From IMG/VR virus record IMGVR_UViG_3300028883_000033, positions 83,645 to 147,644 of that record: 64,000 nucleotides of DNA; one strand, given 5' to 3'. Positions 57,299 through 64,000 of the stretch are shown here, one piece after another. The translations under genes and the position numbers were made by a program. How positions within the stretch are numbered: position 1 is the first letter of the stretch; each line of letters opens with the position of its first letter. The notes beneath the pieces are model-generated. The model had not been told where the DNA came from. It made no database searches and was given only the letters and a program-made list of their open reading frames with translations. Source of the stretch: a virus.

Positions 57299-57434
57299 TT
57301 TTAACTCCCTCCCTCCCTGAGGTGTTTGGTTCCTCAAACTGTTTGTCCTTAATCGAGCGAAGCGAGCGCGACTTTTTAAGGCCACGCTCATACTTTGCTT
57401 TCGTTTTAGGATCCTTTAACTCAAACAGTTTCAT
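57291..57434 (-). CDS. small basic protein (47 aa)
   Basis: Manual translation MKLFELKDPKTKAKYERGLKKSRSLRSIKDK...; TAATG overlap with the upstream gene. Confidence 0.55.
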   Translation of the reverse strand: MKLFELKDPKTKAKYERGLKKSRSLRSIKDKQFEEPNTSGREGVKSG

Positions 57435-58435
57435 TAGTCGATAGGGAAAGATTTAGTTTCACCATCCTCAAACTTAATACCAGCCTGCTGGTCAGCTAGC
57501 TTCCAGCCACCATCCATCCAATACATCAGCTGCCATGAGCGCGGAGCTGTTTCTGTCTTGCGAGCGGTGATTGTATATTCAGCGACATTCGGATAACGGC
57601 TAGGATCGCCAACCCAGAAAGTATACTGAAGAGCCAGTGGACTGCGCTGAGTAGGTGCGCGTCGTGATTTAAACCAAGATGCTGCGTTACCGTCGAAAGC
57701 GACGACTGCTGCACGGTTTGGAATTAACTCACTTGGTGGGATTGCATCACCTGGGCGATCGTTAGCGACAGTATCAAAAGAACTACCAATAATGGTAGCT
57801 GCACCAACAACCGGCTCTGGGAACACAATTTCAACATCATTGTTAGCGGCTGCTCCACCAGTAGCAGGAAGGCCAGCTCCAGTAACCATCGTTACCGAAG
57901 TAGCTTCAATTGCATTTGGCTGAGGTAGTGCCGCTGTTGTTGTAGAAACAGTCATTGCAACCCATGCACCACCATCCCATTGAGTAAATGCATCACCTAC
58001 CACCGAATACCACACATCACCAATTTCTGGAGTGGCTGGTGCTGGATCGCCGGAAAAATATTCAACTTCTTCCCACGCCAGGTGCGAACGATAGCTCAGA
58101 ACCATTGTATTTGTGTTCAGATAATATTCGCCTGGAGCAACAACGTCAACGTCGTATGCGATAATGCTAACGTCTGAGAACTTGCTCTGAATGCCCATGT
58201 TGTGAGAAATTGACCAAGTGGCAGCGCCAACTGCTGCAGTTTCTTCGTGGGTATATGAACGAATCAGATCAAGAACACTTGCGTCGGAACTGTCCAGCAA
58301 GTCGATTTCAGGAACTTCTACAATTCCTTCCTGGCTTGCAGTAATTTCAAGACGCCAAATCTGTGCTGGGCCAGCTGCGAACGCAGACCCTGCAAAAAAT
58401 GCCGCGAAAATGACGGCAAGTAGAGGTTTAAACAT
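57434..58435 (-). CDS. signal-peptide protein with discoidin/F5-8-like domain
   Basis: WRLEITA..., AFDGNAASWF, APRSWQL; inserted WSISHNMG segment. Confidence 0.65.
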   Translation of the reverse strand: MFKPLLAVIFAAFFAGSAFAAGPAQIWRLEITASQEGIVEVPEIDLLDSSDASVLDLIRSYTHEETAAVGAATWSISHNMGIQSKFSDVSIIAYDVDVVAPGEYYLNTNTMVLSYRSHLAWEEVEYFSGDPAPATPEIGDVWYSVVGDAFTQWDGGAWVAMTVSTTTAALPQPNAIEATSVTMVTGAGLPATGGAAANNDVEIVFPEPVVGAATIIGSSFDTVANDRPGDAIPPSELIPNRAAVVAFDGNAASWFKSRRAPTQRSPLALQYTFWVGDPSRYPNVAEYTITARKTETAPRSWQLMYWMDGGWKLADQQAGIKFEDGETKSFPID

Positions 58436-58480
58436 GACAAAATACTCCTATAGTAAATTATAGAAGTATTTATTAGAAAG

Positions 58481-58557
58481 TGGTCGGAGTGGAGGGATTC
58501 GAACCCCCGACCCACTGCTCCCAAAGCAGTTGCGCTACCAAGCTGCGCTACACTCCG
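58481..58557 (-). tRNA. tRNA-Pro(UGG)
   Basis: CGGAGTG...ACTGC-TT-TGG-GA-GCAGT...TTCGAAT...CACTCCG-A-CCA; TAAATA 8 nt upstream. Confidence 0.96.
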
Positions 58558-58568
58558 AGTATGAGTAT

Positions 58569-58784
58569 TTAGTGTTGTTTGGAGGGCAATTGGCCTTCTT
58601 GTGACTGTCGTTGCGCACGCTTTTTGGCAGCAGCACGTTCGCGTTTGCGCAGAGCACTTGGTTTTTCGTAGAATTCGTGTTTACGAAAATCCTGCATAGT
58701 ATTTGCTTTCTCTACCGATTTCTTCCATCGGCGCATTAGGCTTTCAAATTTTTCGTGGGCGTGTTTCAGGGTTACTCGTGGCAT
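58569..58784 (-). CDS. rpsU: ribosomal protein bS21
   Basis: FESLMRRWKKSVEK...RKHEFYEKPS..RKR..AAAKKR. Confidence 0.93.
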   Translation of the reverse strand: MPRVTLKHAHEKFESLMRRWKKSVEKANTMQDFRKHEFYEKPSALRKRERAAAKKRAQRQSQEGQLPSKQH

Positions 58785-58850
58785 TAAAATTTACCGTTGT
58801 GTTGATTAAAAGGATGGGTGGGTAAGAGTTCCTACCCACCGTACTCCTAT

Positions 58851-60350
58851 TTACTCAGCCCGGATAGCGGCGTACCGCTCCTGGTTGAGCACTTCCAGCA
58901 TGAGATCATACGCGCTGGTTGCCTTGTTAGACAACAGGCTCGTGAAGATGCTTGGGGAGCATCCACTCACCAACTGGAAGCCGCGCTGGTCCATAGACAT
59001 TGGCTGCTGGTCGTTACGGGAATCAACGTTCCAGAATACCAGGAATGGCATTTTGTAACCAGCCTCAGTGTAACGACGCTCGATTGTCTGGAACAGACGC
59101 TCGTCAACGTTGCCACGAGAGTGCCAGCCGTCACCAGTTGCTGCATCGAATTCCATGTCGGAGACGATGTACAGGTGAGTTGGTAGCTCGTCCTGAGACG
59201 CACCAGTTTTCTGTGCTGTCTTCAAAATCAAGTTGAATACAGCTTCAATGTCGGTGTTCATATCCCAGGCAGCGCGAGAAAGGTTACGAACCTTTTCTGC
59301 AATGTCGCTGCCCTCAACCGTCTGAAGGGTTGGGCGTGCGCTGAAGGTAATGAACTTACCAGCAAACGGACCACTGTTACGCTCTGCAGTGTAAATGGCC
59401 AGAGAGATAGACACGTCCATTGGACGGCCACTCATAGAGCCAGATACGTCTGCTACTACGAGACCACGAACTTCGTTGTCGCCAAAGTAGTTAGGCAGTG
59501 CGTTCCACATTGCATCCAAAGATGCGTCATCCGCGCTTTTACCGCGGCCATAACCATAGCCACCGCACTTTTCAACGATCTCGTATGGGTACAGGGTACC
59601 CGCGTTGATCGTCTTCGTACCAGACTTAACTTCCTCCAGGAAGTGAGCGTAACGCTCTGCATCGTGGCGGTAGAAAGCCTTACGGTACTGCAAGCCTGCT
59701 TTTGAAGGCAGCTTGTCATACTGGATTTCACTCCAGTTGTTTTCAGAAATTGTCTGCTCCACCAGCCCGATCTTTGAACGGATCGCAGACAGAGTCTTAC
59801 GATACTGACGTGGGCTCATGTTTAGAGCCTGACGGGTCTTACGGCCATAGCGCTTGGTGGTAGAAGAACTTGCGTTCTCACTAGCCAGCCACTTCGCGAG
59901 CAGAGACGGATTGTCACTGTTCATGTCTTCAGCGAGCTGAACGTCGATCACAGTGAACATATCTTCTTCCAGATCGGTATCGATCAAGGAATACAGGTCG
60001 TCCCAGCGACCATACTCTGCAATCAAAGGCAGATTGGCGCGGACAACTTCCGGACGGTTTACCGCAAGGTGGTTCAACAGGATACGGAACGTACGACGCT
60101 CGCCCTGACCACCGCGGATATCCCGGAAATAGAACATGGCCTTTGTGGCCAGCAGAGGGTTCTCTGCATATGCCTTCTCGAATACGTTGACGATGCTGGA
60201 CTCATCGCGTGAACGCAAAGCTCCACCATTGGCGAAGAAGTCCAGAACGGAGCTATTCGTTGAAGCGAAAGCTACCGCACCATTTTCCGTGAACGCAACG
60301 TTGCCGTCGCCGTTCATTGTGGTTTCCAATTCATCAAGATAATTTACCAT
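58851..60350 (-). CDS. DUF2828 / TROVE(Ro60)-like protein with vWA domain
   Basis: TENGA, RDIRGGQGER, YGRWDD, LAKW, LYPYEI, VADVSGSM (MIDAS), FITFS, SDMEFD, FWNV. Confidence 0.88.
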   Translation of the reverse strand: MVNYLDELETTMNGDGNVAFTENGAVAFASTNSSVLDFFANGGALRSRDESSIVNVFEKAYAENPLLATKAMFYFRDIRGGQGERRTFRILLNHLAVNRPEVVRANLPLIAEYGRWDDLYSLIDTDLEEDMFTVIDVQLAEDMNSDNPSLLAKWLASENASSSTTKRYGRKTRQALNMSPRQYRKTLSAIRSKIGLVEQTISENNWSEIQYDKLPSKAGLQYRKAFYRHDAERYAHFLEEVKSGTKTINAGTLYPYEIVEKCGGYGYGRGKSADDASLDAMWNALPNYFGDNEVRGLVVADVSGSMSGRPMDVSISLAIYTAERNSGPFAGKFITFSARPTLQTVEGSDIAEKVRNLSRAAWDMNTDIEAVFNLILKTAQKTGASQDELPTHLYIVSDMEFDAATGDGWHSRGNVDERLFQTIERRYTEAGYKMPFLVFWNVDSRNDQQPMSMDQRGFQLVSGCSPSIFTSLLSNKATSAYDLMLEVLNQERYAAIRAE

Positions 60351-60369
60351 TTTCTCTATCTCCTATAAC

Positions 60370-60491
60370 AAGACGCGATTTTTCATATCGCCTGAATGAT
60401 AATAAGTTGCTGTTAGCGTCTTTAAACAGTCAAGGCACAATTTTGTTTCAGTTTCAAATAACAGAATTTTTAAGGTTGCTGTTAGTGCCTT
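60370..60491 (-). ncRNA. two tandem stem-loop elements with conserved TAACAGCAAC
   Basis: AAGGCAC(60491-60485)/GTGCCTT(60438-60432) and AAGACGC(60422-60416)/GCGTCTT(60376-60370), with compensatory changes. Confidence 0.7.
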
Positions 60492-60524
60492 TAAATCGTG
60501 GAGGCCGAAGCCTCCGGCTGATAC

Positions 60525-60803
60525 CTAGATATCAGCGTAATCCCATTCTACGTACATATGATACTTTAAAAAGTGATCTAAAGCCAACTGGCTTTCCGCT
60601 GTTACTTCATGTTCGAAGTTTCCCTCGATTTTTCCGTACACCGGATGAGTCGCAGTAAAGTCATTAACCCACTCATAATAGTCTTCACATACAACGCCTT
60701 CGATTGTCCATCCATCGTCGTGGGTTCCTATGTCACCAGGCGATAGTGTACGAGCCGACCACATTGCATTTTGTACTTCTTGGGAATAGTCTACAGTTAT
60801 CAT
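60525..60803 (-). CDS. hypothetical protein
   Basis: 92 aa, GAGGA SD, TAG stop followed by a UUCG hairpin (60500-60515). Confidence 0.7.
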   Translation of the reverse strand: MITVDYSQEVQNAMWSARTLSPGDIGTHDDGWTIEGVVCEDYYEWVNDFTATHPVYGKIEGNFEHEVTAESQLALDHFLKYHMYVEWDYADI

Positions 60804-60877
60804 GATGAAGTCCTCCTCTGTTGGTCATCAGGACTTCACTCAGATTGTTCATCACAATCGCTGTAACGTATTCAAAC

Positions 60878-61056
60878 GAGACACAAGATCGAATAGGCTC
60901 GTTCCAACACCCTCCGATATATCCCTCGCCAGTACGGGTCACCGAAATTTTCAGCCTCGGTAATCACGGCCTGTTTGCTTTTCTGCCCGAGGGCCTTCAT
61001 GTCCGAAGACATCCGCAAACTTCTCATAGTAGTAGTTGGTTTGCTGTATGTGTCTC
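60878..61056 (-). ncRNA. long form of the ACAGCAA stem element (about 179 nt)
   Basis: GAGACAC-ATACAGCAA...GTGTCTC closing stem, internal cUUCGg hairpin; TTGACT-N17-TAAAGT promoter at 61100-61072. Confidence 0.55.
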
Positions 61057-61206
61057 AACAACTGAGGAAGCACTTTACTCATGCGCTCCCTAAAAGTCAA
61101 CATTAGTGTCTCTTGATCTCCCCAGATAAAAGACATAGGTATATAGGAAGGGGAGGTTAACCTCCCCTAACTACTTGATTTTAGGTAGGAAATTTGTAGC
61201 TAAAAG

Positions 61207-61659
61207 TTAGAACGTAATGATGTTTTCTGTTGCTGGCCACGATGGAGTATATGTGACAGAATATATCGTTGTCCAATCAACAGCATTGTCGGAATACTGA
61301 AGATCGACTTGCGGTAGAGCATATGCACTATTTTGCCAGAATTTCATCTCAACAATTGCTTTCTCATTTCCAGCACCAAAGTCCTGACCTACCCACTCCC
61401 CAACATCAGGACCGGCAGGCTCCCAATACTCACCACCGGAAATGCCAACACCGGTGTTGTTGAATGCCTCTTGTCCAGTTCCACTACTTGCAATAGCAAA
61501 GCTCGTTGAGGTCACATCAGGGCCTCCCACACTTTCTCTCATTTCGATTTCACAAATGATTGCTCGTGGATGGTTCATTGCTGTTATTAACATGCGCCAA
61601 TACCGGTGCGTGGCCGACGCACCTGTTCCTTCAACATATCCCATTACCAAATATGGCAT
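61207..61659 (-). CDS. discoidin/galactose-binding-like domain protein
   Basis: HRYWRMLIT, EWVGQDFG, LQYSDNAVDWT. Confidence 0.7.
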   Translation of the reverse strand: MPYLVMGYVEGTGASATHRYWRMLITAMNHPRAIICEIEMRESVGGPDVTSTSFAIASSGTGQEAFNNTGVGISGGEYWEPAGPDVGEWVGQDFGAGNEKAIVEMKFWQNSAYALPQVDLQYSDNAVDWTTIYSVTYTPSWPATENIITF

Positions 61660-61671
61660 AATTATTTCCTG

Positions 61672-62355
61672 TTAATATGGTGCTGCAGGTGGTGTGAAAT
61701 TCTCCGTCCAGGCAGCACCCGATGCGTAACGAAACTCGTCGATATAAATGTTGCTGGCCGGGAAATTCCCTGTTCCGTATCTTGCACCAATAGCAAATTG
61801 GGTAGATGCAGCATCTCTAGTGCTGTGACCTACCCACTGTGGTCCGAACACTCCATCAACAGCAACGTTGATAAATCCATCGTCGCGTCTAATGAATGCG
61901 TAGTGTGTCCATGTATTGGCCGGAATGGTGGTATTAAGAATACCACCACCGTTAGAAGCGCTACTCCATACGTTCCACGATTGGACAAGGTCAGTTCCTG
62001 ACGTATGGGCCTGTGGACCATATGCACCGCCAATAAGACCACCTGAGAACAACCCCGCAGTTCCCAACGATCCAGTCCGATAAAGCCAAAAGTCTATAGT
62101 GAATGCGCCAAATCCAACAGCAAGTGATGCATCACTCACCAACAGCGCACCAGCTGTAAATTTCAAACTAGAAGTTCCAAATTTTGATTGTTCGGTGCTA
62201 TGAACTACTGTTCCAGTTGTAGAGATAGTAAGACCGCTAGCAGAACTGTCAGTGAATGTTGTGCTACCATTCGTAGTATCCGAATGAACAAGTAACAGAT
62301 TGGTAACTGGGTTAGTTCCCAGACCTTGCGTTAGTCCTAAAACCAAATATGGCAT
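61672..62355 (-). CDS. LamG/concanavalin A-like lectin-domain virion protein
   Basis: NGSTTFTDSS, SKFGTSSL, FTIDFW, WTHYAFIR, YIDEFR, NFTPP. Confidence 0.85.
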   Translation of the reverse strand: MPYLVLGLTQGLGTNPVTNLLLVHSDTTNGSTTFTDSSASGLTISTTGTVVHSTEQSKFGTSSLKFTAGALLVSDASLAVGFGAFTIDFWLYRTGSLGTAGLFSGGLIGGAYGPQAHTSGTDLVQSWNVWSSASNGGGILNTTIPANTWTHYAFIRRDDGFINVAVDGVFGPQWVGHSTRDAASTQFAIGARYGTGNFPASNIYIDEFRYASGAAWTENFTPPAAPY

Positions 62356-63431
62356 TACATACCTCCACCAAAAATTGCCACTGCCGCAATGACTACAACT
62401 ATCACGACGGCTATAATGATTTTCTTCTTATCTTTTTTCTTACCGTCATCGTCGTCATCGTCATCAGGCTTGCTTGGAGCGGGGCCTTCAGGATCCGTAT
62501 CAATTACCGGTGGGTTTGGTTCTGGTTGTGATGGGGTAGATGGCTCCTCAACAACAGGCTCTTCTTCCTCTACCCCTTCAGGTTTTTTTCCGCCAAGAAA
62601 CTTCTCCTCAAACAGAGCGGCACTACCGTTCAATTCAGGACGCTGCGAGAAACGATTGGTGACCATAAACTGGTTCATCTCATCGACGAGCTGCTTGTAT
62701 GAGACGTCATAATTGTGACGCTTCAGTGTGGAGATCAGAGAGTATGTAGCAGCTCCACAATACATGTTACTGATCCACGCATCTGCTGAAGTCTGGTTAG
62801 ACTGACATCCTGTAACCAGCATACCTGTTGTATCAACATCACGAGCTACTGGTAGCTTGCGAGTACTCAGATCTAGGCCCATTCCGCGGTTAGCAATATC
62901 TGCAGGCATTGGAAGCATACGAGAGCGGTTTGGACTATCTGGACCAAACTCACGAGCTTCGCCTATGCCAAGAGGCTGATACTGGTTTGCGTGGTCGAGT
63001 ATGGAACCACTGTGGCAGCAATCAGTAACGACTGTTAAGTGAACACCAGCAGGAACTTTGTTGAAAATAGACTTCAGCATGTCGTCTGTGATAACCTTAT
63101 CACGCCAGTTCAAATCAACCGGACATAGGATTTCATCAAGACCATCCGGCTCTTCGTCGGAGTCGTATTTGCTGTCAATCATCTGAGAACCGTGACCGGA
63201 GAAATGGAAGAACAGGGAGTCGCCTGCTTTTGCATCCTTTACCAGCCAGTCGAGGCGTTCGAGAATATTCGCAGTAGTTGCCGCCTCATCGGTCAGCATG
63301 CGTTTTTCTTTTGTTGAAAAACCGAACTGCTTTGTCAGCATTTCGGACATCATGTTTGCATCATTTACGCAACCACGTAGTGGTGCTGAGGGATATGCGT
63401 TAATCCCGACAATAAGAGCTTTCTTAGCCAT
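62355..63431 (-). CDS. caspase-family (C14, metacaspase-like) protease with C-terminal TM anchor
   Basis: KKALIVGINAY, LRGCVND, HFSGHG (His), DCCHSG (Cys), QTSAD, QRPEL; hydrophobic tail. Confidence 0.93.
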   Translation of the reverse strand: MAKKALIVGINAYPSAPLRGCVNDANMMSEMLTKQFGFSTKEKRMLTDEAATTANILERLDWLVKDAKAGDSLFFHFSGHGSQMIDSKYDSDEEPDGLDEILCPVDLNWRDKVITDDMLKSIFNKVPAGVHLTVVTDCCHSGSILDHANQYQPLGIGEAREFGPDSPNRSRMLPMPADIANRGMGLDLSTRKLPVARDVDTTGMLVTGCQSNQTSADAWISNMYCGAATYSLISTLKRHNYDVSYKQLVDEMNQFMVTNRFSQRPELNGSAALFEEKFLGGKKPEGVEEEEPVVEEPSTPSQPEPNPPVIDTDPEGPAPSKPDDDDDDDGKKKDKKKIIIAVVIVVVIAAVAIFGGGM

Positions 63432-63465
63432 GACAAATCCTCCTTGATTAGGGGCGCATGACTAT

Positions 63466-63648
63466 TTATTCTTCTTCGATGATTCCTAGGGTCTTCTTCA
63501 AGTTCTTAGCTTCTTCAAGCATCCGTTTTGTGTGTTCTTTATTTAACTCACCAGTTTCGCGGGCTTTTTTGATTTTCTTGCACAGTTTATCTAGCTTATG
63601 TCGGAATACCTCTAGGTACCCCTCAATTTTGTGTTTTTTCTTGCTCAT
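63466..63648 (-). CDS. small basic hypothetical protein
   Basis: TAAATA 5 nt upstream of the ATG. Confidence 0.65.
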   Translation of the reverse strand: MSKKKHKIEGYLEVFRHKLDKLCKKIKKARETGELNKEHTKRMLEEAKNLKKTLGIIEEE

Positions 63649-63656
63649 TCGAGTAT

Positions 63657-63968
63657 TTACCGAGGTACTGTTGGGTCGTTAACGGGACATTTGATTGCGA
63701 ACGTGTTGTATAGGAATGTGAGATCAGCGTCCCTCATGGCTTTCCCGGATTCATGAGGTGGATAGAACCATGATACGTATGTAATCCCGTCCCTCGCACC
63801 ACCTACTGGGATCTCAAACACAATACTGTATGTGTCTTCAGATGATCCTGCTGGGTAAAAGGTCTTCACGAGATCCATATTGACTGGTTTGTTTGGCTTC
63901 TTACCGTCACGGCGCTGGATTGTGGTATAGTTGTTAACTGGATTTGTTACGGTGTACTCACCACCCAT
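63657..63968 (-). CDS. hypothetical protein
   Basis: 103-aa ORF near the window edge. Confidence 0.6.
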   Translation of the reverse strand: MGGEYTVTNPVNNYTTIQRRDGKKPNKPVNMDLVKTFYPAGSSEDTYSIVFEIPVGGARDGITYVSWFYPPHESGKAMRDADLTFLYNTFAIKCPVNDPTVPR

Positions 63969-64000
63969 AACTTGATCGACTTGTGATCTCGCAAAATTCT

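Noticed and set aside
60370-60491. Mini CRISPR array
   Set aside because: Only two adjacent units; they are stems enclosing the variable part rather than identical repeats with spacers, and no cas operon is present.
60733-61136. ORFs 60733-60942 and 60951-61136 as genes
   Set aside because: No recognisable motifs or clear SD; they overlap a promoter, a structured RNA candidate and the next gene. Not fully excluded.
1-64000. Genome-wide TAG reassignment (code 15)
   Set aside because: Long genes are intact under code 11, and several genes end at TAG at their natural C-terminus (DHFR TAG-TGA, gp52, DUF488).

Overview
A 64-kb segment of a large T4-like (myovirus-type, probably jumbo) phage genome, densely coded and mostly on the minus strand. 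The host is probably a proteobacterium, inferred from E. coli-like NrdAB, YeaGH/YcgB and bS21 and an alphaproteobacterial-style two-piece tmRNA. It carries T4-type replication genes (RNase H-like exonuclease, sliding clamp, family B polymerase, helicase, primase, topoisomerase II gp39/gp52), nucleotide metabolism genes (dCMP deaminase, nrdABC, dNMP phosphatase, DHFR, ThyA, MazG), two long tail-fibre genes and head-associated proteins with T4-like capsid-targeting leaders. It also has an unusually complete translation-rescue toolkit: a permuted tmRNA, an amber-suppressor tRNA(CUA), tRNA-Pro, Thg1-like and PTH2-like proteins, peptide deformylase, bS21 and a ClpP-like protease. Strongest leads: (1) a TROVE/DUF2828-vWA gene preceded by three covarying stem elements with a fixed ACAGCAA motif, a candidate Ro60/Y-RNA-like ribonucleoprotein system; (2) a 400-codon reading frame broken only by three TAG codons that links four genes and runs through the amber-suppressor tRNA itself; (3) an intact yeaG(prkA)-yeaH-ycgB(spoVR) module next to phoH; (4) a DUF488 protein with the same C-terminal clamp-binding-like peptide as the polymerase; (5) a tail-anchored metacaspase and an Acb1-like anti-CBASS nuclease. 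All calls come from reading motifs by eye; no database searches were run.
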